Assembly (NCBI GenBank): GCA_964016885.1
Contig: OZ024765.1
Span: forward strand, 496,001 to 560,000
Direction: 5' to 3'
DNA: 64,000 bases
Source of the DNA: Eledone cirrhosa
Lineage: Eukaryota
A model generated the notes under the pieces. It saw only the letters and a list, made by a program, of their open reading frames with translations, did no database searches and had not been told where the DNA came from. This document shows, piece by piece, positions 47,806-62,295 of the stretch. Position 1 is the stretch's first letter. Each line of letters begins with the position of its first letter. A program made the translations under genes and the position numbers.

Positions 47806-50800
47806 CAAACAAACAAATTAACAACACACCAAAACAATTAAAACCATCCACTCTCGCCTCTACATTTTTGCTTAACGCCCAAGGCATCAGCCCTTCCACC
47901 AATACTCAAAAATGGAAGATCAAATTCCTGGAGGACTGGATTGATGTCCATCCAAACCACATCCCTTTCTTCGTCCTCACTGAAACCCATCTCAGTAACC
48001 TCCACTTGGAAGCCGAGGTGAAAGTGAAAAATTTCAAAGCCATCCGTGCTGATCGCGCTGGCAGAAGAAAGGGCGGAACTGCCATTTATGTCCATAATTC
48101 TTTCTCAACAGAGGCTATGAACATATTCACTAATGGATACTGTGAGGCAGTCACTGTATTCAGTCAAACCAACAACCTATTAGTAGTTGGGCTCTATAGG
48201 CCACCCCAAACGCCTGTACCATGCTTCAAGGAATGCCTCAACAGCATAAAGTGTTTCATCCAAGAGTGTCACCCTGACAACATCTTAATGATGGGGGACT
48301 TCAACCTCCCCGGAGTTGACTGGTCCACAAACACCCTGCCACCAGGTTCTTCTGCCTCAACCTCTGACAGGGAAGCTGTGGAATCGCTTCTTGACTTCAT
48401 GGATGATTTCTTCCTATCCCAACTAGTGCTCGAACCAACGAGGTGCCACAAAAACGTCCTAGACTTAATTTTCAGCAATCACACTGACAATATCCACAAT
48501 ATTGCAGTGGAGAAAACTCTACTCTCTGATCATGACATGGTTCTCTGTGATCTGAGATTCCACCGTCCAATATACAAACCCAATGTCATTTCTCCTGTCC
48601 ATCCGTTTGACGCTATGGATTTCCACAATGCAAACTGGGAAGCGATCAGTCATGATCTTGCACATGTCGACTGGTCCTTCACGCACACTCATACACCCAC
48701 TAACATCAAAAAGTCCTGGCAGACATTTGTGGACACTGTTACAAACATATGTGCTAAACACACCCCATTAAGAACTATAAACAAATCTAAGAGCAGAATC
48801 CCTAGAAATAGAAAAACGCTCATCAGAAAAATTAAGAGAACGAACAAAAAAATCAACAATCTGAAATACTGTCAGCAGCAACACATCAACTTGACTGCCA
48901 TTTCATCACTAGAGATTAAAAAACATAACCTCCAAAACAACATAATGTCCCTCATCAACAATCAGAGAAGAGCTGAAGAGGCCTGGGCCATTGAGAAGAT
49001 CAAACTCAATCCCAAAGTGTTCTTTTCATTTGCAAAAAAACACAAAATCACTGGCTCTACTGTTGGCCCTCTAATTGATGAAAATGGCACTCTTCAAGAC
49101 AATGCTAAAACCATGGGTGAGATACTGCAGAAACAATACTGCTCTGTTTTCAGCAATCCTGATATGGCCGATCTGGGCTGTATCGGCGATGTTACTCCCC
49201 ATTACACCTTATCGGACATAACGTTTGGCGCCCCTGATGTCTTGGCGGCAATAAAGGAAATCAAGCATAATTCAGCAGTAGGTCCCGATAGGTTCCCTGC
49301 TTGTGTCTTGAAGGCGTGTCAACACCAACTTGCTTCTCCTCTTGCCAATCTGTGGCGGAACTCACTGGATGCTGGATATGTGCCAGAAAACCTTCTATCC
49401 CAGTCTGTTGTCCCAGTTTTCAAAAAGAGAAACAAATCCCTTGCCGTGAATTACCGTCCAATCTCACTCACCTCTCATATCATTAAGGTATTTGAGCGAG
49501 TGGTGAGATCGCGAATGACCCACTTCCTTGAGAGTAACAATATGCTGAACTCCAACCAGCATGGATTCCGTAATGGAAGGGATTGCCTGACGCAACTACT
49601 GCATCACTTTGATGACATTTTGAGAGCCTTGGGAGAGGGTTCCAACACTGATGTTATCTACCTTGATTTCAGCAAGGCCTTTGACAGGGTTGATCATAAC
49701 ATTCTACTGAGAAAGCTGTCCAATATTGGTGTCACTGGAAAGCTGCTGCAGTGGATCAAGAGCTTCCTGTCAAACAGAACCCAACATGTTGTAGTTGAGG
49801 GAGTCAAATCAAGCCCAGCCAAAGTCAGTAGTGGAGTCCCACAAGGCACTGTGTTGGGCCCACTTCTCTTCATCATCTATATTAATGACATCACTGACAT
49901 CATCAAACACAGCAACATTAAAATTTTCGCTGATGATTCCAAGCTCCAAAAGGTCATCAATGGCGTGGATGACCGGATAAGCCTTCAGTCAGACCTACTG
50001 GCTGTTACCCAATGGGCAGAAAAGAACAACATGTTACTGAACGAAGACAAATTCGAACTGATCCACTTTGGAAAAGAGGATGCTCTGAAACTCCCGTACT
50101 CCCTTCCCTCCGGGGAAACTCTCGTGGCATCTAACAACATCAGAGACTTGGGAGTAACCGTGGACAGCAACATAAGCTGGACCACGCATATAAGCAGCAA
50201 AGTTGACATGGCCCGCAGAATGTGTTCCTGGATCCTCAGAACCTTCCAGTCGAGAGATTCCCGCACCATTATCCTTCTCTTCTCTACTTTCGCCCGACCA
50301 CACCTTGAATACTGTTGTCCACTGTGGTCTCCCCACACGAAACAAAGTATCATGAAACTTGAAGCTCCTCAAAGGGCAATCACGAAAAAGATAGATGGCA
50401 TGTCAGACCTTGACTACTGGGGTCGATTGGAAAACCTGAAACTTTACTCACTCCAACGTCGCCGTGAGCGTTATATTATCTGCATGATGTGGAAAATGTT
50501 CCATCATCACTGCCCAAATGATGTTGGCATCGCCTTCAAGATACACCCAAGGCTTGGGCCCCGTGCTATCCGTCCCATTCAAAAATCTAAATCGCAACTC
50601 ATAACAACAATACGGCACAATTATTTCACCTCAATCGGCCCTGCTCTCTTCAACATCACACCAGGACACGTCAAAACAGAAACTGACCACACAAAATTCA
50701 AGAAGTCTTTGGACAAATTCCTCCAAGTAATCCCGGACAAACCACCCACACCCGGATATGTCTCCGCAAACAGTAATTCTCTTCTCGAATGGGCCATGGT

Positions 50801-50813
50801 GCCCAAATCCTGA
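47793..50813 (+). CDS. LINE ORF2: apurinic-like endonuclease + reverse transcriptase (1006 aa, no stops; frame actually open from 47676)
   Basis: EN motifs LLNAQG, LTETHL, GGTAIYV, LYRPP, MGDFNLP, PTR..LDLIFS, SDH. RT motifs [54 protein letters not shown]1-type C-terminus [12 protein letters not shown] and [10 protein letters not shown]. The listed start is TTG; the first in-frame ATG is at 48117. Confidence 0.95.
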   Translation: MLPLTNKQINNTPKQLKPSTLASTFLLNAQGISPSTNTQKWKIKFLEDWIDVHPNHIPFFVLTETHLSNLHLEAEVKVKNFKAIRADRAGRRKGGTAIYVHNSFSTEAMNIFTNGYCEAVTVFSQTNNLLVVGLYRPPQTPVPCFKECLNSIKCFIQECHPDNILMMGDFNLPGVDWSTNTLPPGSSASTSDREAVESLLDFMDDFFLSQLVLEPTRCHKNVLDLIFSNHTDNIHNIAVEKTLLSDHDMVLCDLRFHRPIYKPNVISPVHPFDAMDFHNANWEAISHDLAHVDWSFTHTHTPTNIKKSWQTFVDTVTNICAKHTPLRTINKSKSRIPRNRKTLIRKIKRTNKKINNLKYCQQQHINLTAISSLEIKKHNLQNNIMSLINNQRRAEEAWAIEKIKLNPKVFFSFAKKHKITGSTVGPLIDENGTLQDNAKTMGEILQKQYCSVFSNPDMADLGCIGDVTPHYTLSDITFGAPDVLAAIKEIKHNSAVGPDRFPACVLKACQHQLASPLANLWRNSLDAGYVPENLLSQSVVPVFKKRNKSLAVNYRPISLTSHIIKVFERVVRSRMTHFLESNNMLNSNQHGFRNGRDCLTQLLHHFDDILRALGEGSNTDVIYLDFSKAFDRVDHNILLRKLSNIGVTGKLLQWIKSFLSNRTQHVVVEGVKSSPAKVSSGVPQGTVLGPLLFIIYINDITDIIKHSNIKIFADDSKLQKVINGVDDRISLQSDLLAVTQWAEKNNMLLNEDKFELIHFGKEDALKLPYSLPSGETLVASNNIRDLGVTVDSNISWTTHISSKVDMARRMCSWILRTFQSRDSRTIILLFSTFARPHLEYCCPLWSPHTKQSIMKLEAPQRAITKKIDGMSDLDYWGRLENLKLYSLQRRRERYIICMMWKMFHHHCPNDVGIAFKIHPRLGPRAIRPIQKSKSQLITTIRHNYFTSIGPALFNITPGHVKTETDHTKFKKSLDKFLQVIPDKPPTPGYVSANSNSLLEWAMVPKS

Positions 50814-50906
50814 ATTGAAAGACTTCGCCAGGTGGTGCTATTAAGTTAGACATGGCCTGGGCCAATACTGGCCAAAACATTTCAAAGTTATTCAAAGTTT
50901 CAAAGT

Positions 50907-51070
50907 TATATATATATGTATGTATATATATATGTATGTATATATATATGTATGTATATGTATATATATATGTATGTATATGTATATATATATGTATGTA
51001 TGTATATATATATGTATGTATATATATATGTATGTATATATATATATATGTATGTATATATATATGTATG

Positions 51071-51101
<31 letters not shown>

Positions 51102-51106
51102 GTATG

Positions 51107-51137
<31 letters not shown>

Positions 51138-51142
51138 GTATG

Positions 51143-51173
<31 letters not shown>

Positions 51174-51190
51174 GTATGTATGTATGTATG

Positions 51191-51223
<33 letters not shown>

Positions 51224-51224
51224 G

Positions 51225-51317
<93 letters not shown>

Positions 51318-51590
51318 GTATATATGTATATATGTATATATATATATATATGTATATATGTATATATGTATATATATGTATATATATATATATGTATATA
51401 TGTATATATGTATATATATATATATGTATATATGTATATATATATATATGTATATATATGTATATATATATATATGTATATATGTATATATATATATATG
51501 TATATATGTATATATATATATATGTATATATGTATATATATGTATATATATATATATATATGTATGTATATATATATATATATATGTATG

Positions 51591-51628
<38 letters not shown>

Positions 51629-51658
51629 TATGTATGTATATATATATATATATGTATG

Positions 51659-51689
<31 letters not shown>

Positions 51690-51726
51690 ATATATATATA
51701 TATGTATGTATGTATATATATATATG

Positions 51727-51815
<89 letters not shown>

Positions 51816-51904
51816 ATATATATATGTATATATATATATGTATATATATATATATGTATGTATATATATATATGTATATATATATATGTATATATATATG
51901 TATG

Positions 51905-51953
<49 letters not shown>

Positions 51954-51968
51954 ATATATATATGTATG

Positions 51969-52015
<47 letters not shown>

Positions 52016-52020
52016 GTATG

Positions 52021-52063
<43 letters not shown>

Positions 52064-52078
52064 GTATATATATATATG

Positions 52079-52146
<68 letters not shown>

Positions 52147-52151
52147 TATAT
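50907..52151 (+). repeat. ~1.25-kb compound (TA)n/TATG satellite, right flank of LINE
   Basis: Same unit type and polarity as 45809-47244. Confidence 0.95.
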
Positions 52152-52566
52152 TTAATATATCCGTATGGTTGTTATGAAGCAGATTTGCAGATTCTGATGT
52201 ATATGAAGAATTTCAATAATTAAAAAAATACAAGGGTTAATGTTCTTTCATACACACACACTCACTCATATATATATATATATATACTTAAAGTAATCAT
52301 CTTGTAAAAACCATGGAAAGGTGATTTCACGACAAATGCAATCTAACTTATATTCTATTAAATCAATCTATAATGGAAAGTGAGAGAAAGTACAACACTT
52401 TTAAATATAGTACATCTCAATAAGTACATTCTCTGCTTTTGTTCTGAGATAAGAAAAAATATTTTTTTCTATGTAAGACCCAGTGAAAGAAATCGGGACG
52501 CTACATCTTAGAAACATTCCCACATGCATCTTGTTGCATGACTCAATAAGTGGAGTTATGTATATA

Positions 52567-52605
<39 letters not shown>

Positions 52606-52861
52606 GTATGTATATGTGTGTTGGTAGAGAGTGAGTGAGAAAGATATGTATCCGTCTGTGTGCGGGTGTTTATATATGAATACATGTGTGTATGCATATA
52701 TATATAATATATATGTTTATGTATTTATATATTTATATATATTTATGTATGTATACTTAACATTTACACAACAAATAACAACAATGCGCAATGTTATTTT
52801 TACCTTTTAACATACTTCGCTCCGTGTTGTGACATTGTATTTTTCTGAATTATACCTCAGT

Positions 52862-52907
<46 letters not shown>

Positions 52908-53123
52908 TTGTATATTTATATACATGTATATATGTACATGTGTGTATATATATGTGTGTGTGTATATATATATATATATATTTATTTATATATATATATA
53001 ATGTGTGTGTATATATATATCTATATATTTATATATATATATAATGTGTGTGTGTATCTATATATATATATATAGAAATATATGTCTATATATTCATGTA
53101 TGTATCTATATATATATATATAT

Positions 53124-53314
53124 GAACGAGTAGGACCCCGACGGCTGACCTCAAGCCGTTTCGAAGGCTAATTCTGGTCTGAATTAGCCGTCGAAACGGC
53201 CTGAGCTCAGCCGTCGAGGTCCTACTCGTTCCTATTACCCACTCTACTACCCTAAGTATTGAGTACTTTGGTGCGTTATGGTCCACCTGGTTCCTTACTA
53301 CATTTCCTTCGTTA
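53124..53314. mobile_element. Second fold-back copy of the 25451 family, opposite orientation
   Basis: Arms 53124-53174 / 53181-53231; the long arm continues to CCTTCGTTA. Contains GAAACGGC CTGAGCTCA GCCGTC. Confidence 0.75.
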
Positions 53315-53929
53315 TATATATATATATATATTTATGTATCTATATATGTATATATAGTTATGTATATATCTATATGTGTATATATATTTATATATATATC
53401 TATATACAAATATATGTATATATAAATATATGTATTTATATTTGTCTGTGTATATATATATATATATATATACACATACATGTGTGTGTGTGTCTGTCTG
53501 TCTGTCTGTGTGTGTGTTTCTGGATGTGTGTTTGTATTACATGAAAAATTTCGTTTGTTGCAAAACCGAGTCTCATTTATTAAACACCAAACCAAAAAAA
53601 AAAAAAAAAAAAAAAAGCAAGTAACAACAAAAAACTACCACCATGACAGGCGCCATTTTCTTGCATTTTGCTTTGTTACAAAATTAGTAAAGAAACAAAC
53701 AAATGAAAAAAATAACATTCTCTCATTTTGAAAGGAGCATTAAAGATTAAGATTACAAGTCAAAGGTGCTCCTTTCTTCTTCCGTATCTAATTAAAGTGT
53801 GTAAACATCCTCCGGGCATTTTCGGTCGCCATTTTGTAAGGTTCAGAGAAAGCAATTTTCATGGCAACCACATTTAATCAAATTGTCTTTTATTCGCCTG
53901 ATAAAAGGTTTGTTATTGCTCAGCTTTCA

Positions 53930-54625
53930 AACACAGCATACTTGATCAACGCTTTATTTATCAAATATTTTTTTAACAAATCGTCTTTTTTGCTCGCTAG
54001 ATCTTTTGGGATACTCACTTTAAAATAACCTGAACCAGATCTTGGATATATTTATCAAACTCTCTTTATTGAAATGTGCTGTGTTGTGTACGCCAGATAC
54101 AAGATCTTTTGATACTCACCTTAAGAAAGCATGAACCAGATATTGAATATATTTATCACACTCTCTTGATTGAGTTGTGTTGTGTTGTGTACGCCAGAAA
54201 CAAGATCTTTTGATACTCAACTTTCAATATCGAATTCATAATCAGTGCTATATTCATAAAATATTCCTTTACAAATCTTCATTTTGGTCGCTAGATACAA
54301 GACCTGTTGATACTCATCTTACAAAAGCATGAACCAGATCTTGGATATTTTTATCAAACTCACTTTATTGAATTGTGTTGTGTTGTGTTGTGTACGCCAG
54401 ATACAATATCTGTTGATACTCACCTTAAGAAAGCATAGACCAGATCTAAAATAAATATATTTATCAAACTCTCATTTTTGAAGTGAATTGTGTTGTGTGC
54501 GCCAGAAACAAAGATCTTTTGATACTCAACTTTCAATATCAAATACATGATTAGCGCTATATCTATAAAACATTTCCTAACCGTTGAGTTTATGCATCAG
54601 ATATATGATTTGTTGATACATAGCT
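53930..54625. repeat. ~100-bp degenerate satellite with ~300-bp higher-order structure
   Basis: GATACTCA at about 54010, 54111, 54212, 54309, 54415 and 54521; unit pattern A-A-B-A-A-B. Confidence 0.8.
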
Positions 54626-55360
54626 TTGGTGGGTGTAAACGAAATCAAAAATAAATTTATCAAACGGTTATTTATAACGGCGATGTATTTGTTTTACAAG
54701 TTATATTTATATGAAATGGTGAGTTGAAAAATATATTGTTATATTTTGGGAGGGTCATGTTATCCTCAAGTTGCACACCATGTAAACCTCTGAGTTTTGG
54801 GCAGCTTATTAAAAAGCTGAGACCCTCTAAACCCTGGCTACTGCAGTATGTGGTCCTGATTCTTGAATCAACGGATTGGACCTATAATTATAATATATAT
54901 ATTTTCATTTTTATTTTTATTTTTATTTTTATTTTTATTTTCTCTTATTTTAATCTTTGTTATTTTCCTAGAATGTCAAAGTTTCCTTGTTTCAGGAAAG
55001 TTTTTAAAAAATAGAATATGGAAGCTAACTTTGATATTAGAGCGGTTCAGATGTAAAATGTTGAAACAATGATTGAGTGGAGGAAGCTTACAAAATGTTA
55101 CAATGGTGTCTCTATGTATTAACAATCTGTGTTGTTACTGTACATGTAAATATACACATACATATATACATATGTATGTGTATATGTGTGTGTGTATATA
55201 TATATATACGTGTGTGTGTGTATATGTATATATATGCATTATCCATGCATATATATTTGAACAAAAAAATATATATATACATATATGTGTGTGTGTGTGT
55301 GTGTGTATAATATATTCATTTATATATGTCTATAAATATGAATACATACATATATCAATA

Positions 55361-55407
<47 letters not shown>

Positions 55408-55500
55408 GTGTGTTTGTGTGTGTGATTGTGCATATGTATGAATGAGTATATATATATACATACACATACCAAGTGTGAAAAAGATGATCTGTATATATGC

Positions 55501-55533
<33 letters not shown>

Positions 55534-55557
55534 CTCTTGTCTACACACATATGTAGA

Positions 55558-55608
<51 letters not shown>

Positions 55609-56067
55609 TCATGTGTATATTTATATATATATGTATATATATATATATATATGCATATATGCGTGTGTGACAGAAAGAGATAGACTGTGTGCGTGTGTGT
55701 ATCTATATTTGATGTGATGTGTCAGCCACAGAATTTCAAATTACTACCGTTTCGTTCCGGCGGGAAATCGCGTCGTGATGTGAATACACGATATTTGGTA
55801 AATATGATTTCTATAGATGTGAGGCTTGCTCATTTTTGCTGCTGCTGCTGTTGTTGTTGTTGTTATTATTATTATTATTTATGCTATATTTTTTCTTGTT
55901 TATTTTTGTTTTCGTTTATTGGTTTGTTTGTTTGTTCTTGTTGATGTATTTTTTATTGTTGTTGATGTTGTTGAGGTTGTTGAGGGAGGCACACACTGAG
56001 GGAGTGAGAGACACACCACTCGCTTATTAATATACGTGTACATATATATATATGTATCCACATGCTC

Positions 56068-56112
<45 letters not shown>

Positions 56113-56172
56113 TACATGGACATATATGTGTGTGTATGTCCTTTTATGCATATATATATATATATATATATA

Positions 56173-56283
56173 TACACAGCTCTCTCGCTCTATATATATA
56201 TACAGCTATATATATATATATATTTATATATACAGCTATATATATATATATATTTATATATACAGCTATATATATATATACAG

Positions 56284-56355
<72 letters not shown>

Positions 56356-56443
56356 CTATATATAAATATAGATATATATATACAGCTATATATATATATA
56401 TATATATATATACAGCTATATATATATATATATATATATACAG

Positions 56444-56477
<34 letters not shown>

Positions 56478-56510
56478 CTATATATATATATATATATATT
56501 ATATATACAG

Positions 56511-56576
<66 letters not shown>

Positions 56577-56886
56577 CTATATATATATATATATATATAT
56601 ATACAGCTATATATATATATATATATATATATACAGCTATATATATATATATATATACAGCTATATATATATATATATATATACAGCTATATATATATAT
56701 ATATATATACAGCTATATATATATATATATATATATACAGCTATATATATATATATATATATATATACAGCTATATATATATATATATATATATATACAG
56801 CTATATATATATATATATATATATATACAGCTATATATATATATATATATATATACAGCTATATATATATATATATATATATACAG

Positions 56887-56922
<36 letters not shown>

Positions 56923-56944
56923 CTATATATATATATATATATAT
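56173..56944 (+). repeat. CAGC(TA)n compound satellite (~25 units), left flank of second LINE
   Basis: Repeated TACAGCTATATA... with variable TA count. Confidence 0.95.
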
Positions 56945-57536
56945 GGTCACCCCATAGGTCACCCCATAGTGTCAAACTAACCACAGAGCTTGAGGCAATC
57001 CAGCGAAGCTACACCAAGAGGATTGCCAAGATGAAGGAGACAAGCTACTGGGAGAGTCTGAAGGAACTGAACCTCTACTCCTTGGAGCGAAGACGGGAGA
57101 GATACGCAGTGATCTACATGTGGAAAATCCTGGAGGGACTAGCACCAAACTTTGGCATTGGGAGCTGGACCAACCGTCGAACAGGACGTCACTGTGTGGT
57201 GCCAAAGGTCCCGTCTTCCACATCTAGAATAAGGAGCTGGTATTGCAATAGCCTGGGATTCAAGGGCCCTCAACTCTTCAACAGGCTGCCGAGGTATCTG
57301 CGAGACTTGCATGACGTGGAGGTGGATGTCTTTAAGAAACATCTCGACACCTTGTTATCCAGGATCCCGGATGAGCCCACAGCAAGACACGAGGGAAACC
57401 TAAGGGCAGCAGCAACAAACTCCCTCCTACACCAGTGGGCAACCTATACAGGCTGGAGATAAAATGTGTAGCAACAAGGGCGGTGCCCCAGCATGGCCTC
57501 CGCCGGATGGCTGAAACGGGTAAAAGAGTAAAAGAG
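56945..57536 (+). mobile_element. 5'-truncated LINE (second CR1/L2-group family), ORF2 C-terminus plus 3'UTR
   Basis: WSPH...[10 protein letters not shown]...[20 protein letters not shown]...[16 protein letters not shown]...AATNSLLHQ aligns with the C-terminus of 47793..50813. Stop at 57462; tail GTAAAAGA GTAAAAGA. Confidence 0.92.
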
Positions 57537-57802
57537 TATATATACAGCTATATATATATAATATATATATATATACAGATATATATAATATATATATATA
57601 TATATATACAGCTATATATATATATATACAGCTATATATATATATATATATACAGCTATATATATATATATATATACAGCTATATATATATATATATACA
57701 GCTATATATATATACATATACAGCTATATATATATATATATATATACAGCTATATATATATTATATATATATACAGCTATATATATATATATATATATAC
57801 AG

Positions 57803-57831
<29 letters not shown>
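57537..57831 (+). repeat. CAGC(TA)n compound satellite (~10 units), right flank of second LINE
   Basis: Same unit and orientation as 56173-56944. Confidence 0.95.
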
Positions 57832-57834
<3 letters not shown>

Positions 57835-58537
57835 TATATGTATATATAATGTATATTCAGACATAGATAGATATTTTCATACATAACTATATACATGCAT
57901 ATAGAAAAAATATATACACAATATACGCACATACGTGAATGTAGATACTCATAAACATATATGCATGTATTCATACAAACCAATATACACACATACATAC
58001 ACTCACATACATATATACATGCTTTCATACAAATATACATACATAATGTATAATGTATACAACATACATACATAATATATACACACTGTATGCATATTGG
58101 CACACACACATGCATATATACAAACTCATACAGGAATATACAATTCCCCACAGTCCTACACAGAGATACACATACAGACACACAGACTCATGCTTTGTCA
58201 CGGCTGTGTTGTTGTTGTCGGTTGTAGTCGGTTGTTGTCGGTTGTAGTCGGTTGTAGTCGGTTGTTGTTGTGGCTACAACTATTCTTGTAGTAGTAGTTG
58301 CTGTTATTGTAGTTACTGCTGTAGTTGTTACTGTCGTTGTTATTATAGCTACTATGTAGTAGTAGTAGTTTTAGTAGTAGTAGTTAGTGTTGTCTATACA
58401 TGATATTTACCAAATCCCCACAAGATCTCCGCCAGAAACAGACAACAATTTCAAAGAACTTCTATAACATTCATCTTTGTTATATATCGTTAGTGTATTG
58501 ACAATACCAACATCTTGAGACATTTTGACCCCTGCTG

Positions 58538-58657
<120 letters not shown>

Positions 58658-58936
58658 CCTCTGTGTCTCACTCTTTGTCTGTCGATATGTATATACGTGT
58701 GTGTGTATATATATATATAAATGTGTGTGTGTGGATATATGTATATATATATATATACTGTGTGTGAGTGTGCTGTATATATGTATGTGTGTGTGTATAT
58801 ATGTATGTGTGTGTGTATATATATATGTGTATGTATGTGTATATATATGTGTGTGAGTGTGTGTCTGTGGATATATGTGTGTGTATATGCATATATGTGT
58901 ATATATATATATATGTATATATATTTTTATTATTAA

Positions 58937-59087
58937 AAGCCATTCCAACTCGCGAGGCTCACACCTGGGGCTAGCCAGCTCAGCGCCTATGGTGGTGAGT
59001 AGGGAGGTAGCCCTAGGGCCGAGGACACCAGAAGTCTCCACTGCCAAGGTACGACCGCAAATCTGTCGGAGAGTGAACGGTATATAT
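58937..59087 (-). pseudogene. CRE-like (restriction-like endonuclease) retrotransposon remnant
   Basis: Minus strand YRSLSDRF..VP / LAVETSGVLGPRATSLLTTIGAELAS..EPRELEWL (one frameshift), resembling the CRE-clade RLE segment. Confidence 0.6.
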
Positions 59088-59614
59088 CGATTCCATTTGG
59101 GGCAATAGAGTAACTACATCAGAATAACGAAACATGTATAATATATCTTAATATTTTAGATTCATACGACATTGATATCGTCCATAAAAACCACAAACAA
59201 ACCTGTTCAAAATTTACCATCAACCTACCTACAACTTGCAACCCAAAACACCAGCCACTCTCTCCCTTCCCGCTTCTTCTACAGACATGACAGTGATGTA
59301 AACAAACATCACCTGATTAATTTACATAAAGAAAAAATATATAAATAAATATATAAATAAATATATAAATTTACAACCCAATAACACAATCTTTTATGCA
59401 GGTGAGAAAATTGATTTTTTTTTTTCTCAAATAACGAAATTAATTTGTGATAATATATTAATTTAAAGTTTACCAAATAAAAATTGTTTTAAATATTGAC
59501 GTATCTTTACGTACTTTAAACGTTGCTTATTTTTTAATTTAAAGTTTTACAATCTATTAAATAGTGACGTGAATTATTGTACTGTTATTTGTGCTAATGA
59601 CATGGAAAGGATGT

Positions 59615-60330
59615 GAAGCCGTGTGACCGGGGGTAAGTGTGTTGGCTTGGACTTAGGATCATAAAGTCGGCGGTTCGATTCCAGGTCGATATTGTGTGTT
59701 GTGCTCTTGTGAACCTCGGGGGTTGAGACAGGCTTTAGCCCTGCGATGGACTGGCGTCTTTTCCAGGAGGATTTCGTACTCTGACACCTAACGCCTCGGA
59801 AACCTGACAAGGGGCTTAATGAGCCTCCGGGCTTTGTGCCTCCGAGGTAGAGAAAGGCTTTAATCCTGCGACGGACTGGCGCCTTTTCCAGGAGGATTTC
59901 GTACTCTGACACCTAACGCCTCGGAAACCTGACAAGGGGCTTAATGAGCCTCCGGGCTTTGTGCCTCCGAGGTAGAGAAAGGCTTTAATCCTGCGACGGA
60001 CTGGCGCCTTTTCCAGGAGGATTTCGTACTCTGACACCTAACGCCTCGGAAACCTGACAAGGGGCTTAATGAGCCTCCGGGCTTTGTGCCTCCGAGGTAG
60101 AGAAAGGCTTTAATCCTGCGACGGACTGGCGCCTTTTCTAGGAGGATTTCGTAATGTCAGTCGCCTAATGCCTCGGAAACCTGGTCAAGCTCCGGCATAC
60201 TTAGCCTGCGATGGATTGGTATCTTTTCCAGGGGTGGGTGGTTCGAACTCTCAGTCGCTTAACGCCTCAAGCAACGGAGCTATGAGACTCCGGGCTCCGC
60301 ACATACCTTAGGCAGACTTTAGACGGGAGA
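59615..60330 (+). mobile_element. tRNA-derived SINE with tandemly amplified central domain
   Basis: B-box GGTTCGATTCC near 59672. Motif CCTGCGAYGGACTGGCG at 59740, 59865, 59990, 60115 (125-bp period) and a diverged copy at 60205. Confidence 0.75.
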
Positions 60331-60512
60331 AGGAAGGGTTAAGCTGGGCTAAAATTGCTTTCTCGAGTGTAATTTAATTTACGCAAAACAGAAATGGCTA
60401 AGAATGCGTTAATGTAACGTTTCAGATAACTAGCTTTCATACCATTGGCTGGTTCGTGTTGCCTTGGTAACTACATACACACATGCATACGTACCTACGT
60501 ACCTATCAATAC

Positions 60513-62105
<1,593 letters not shown>

Positions 62106-62295
62106 GCTATATACACACACATACATATATACATATATACACATATATATATACCTATATACACTCATACATATATACACACATGCATATATTAATAAAT
62201 GCGTTTAAACATCACCAAATCTCCTAATTTAATTTCATTTAACTTTTATAAATACAAAAAGATTAACATAAACGACTTTTATAATAACCTACACC

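Larger units (their letters stand above)
47245..50906 (+). mobile_element. Young non-LTR retrotransposon (LINE, CR1/L2/Daphne-Crack group), 5'-truncated inside ORF1, inserted in TA/TATG satellite
   Basis: Abrupt switch from (TA/TATG)n to complex sequence at 47245. Contains an ORF1 remnant, an intact EN-RT ORF2, and a ~90-bp 3'UTR ending in short TTCAAAG repeats, then returns to (TA/TATG)n at 50907. Confidence 0.95.

Noticed and set aside
47838-50895. Antisense and alternative-frame ORFs within the LINE
   Set aside because: They are short shadows of ORF2 with no independent signals.
45797-52189. GATTTGCAG on both outer sides of the LINE-plus-satellite block as a target-site duplication
   Set aside because: It is only 9 bp and not at equivalent junction positions, so likely chance.
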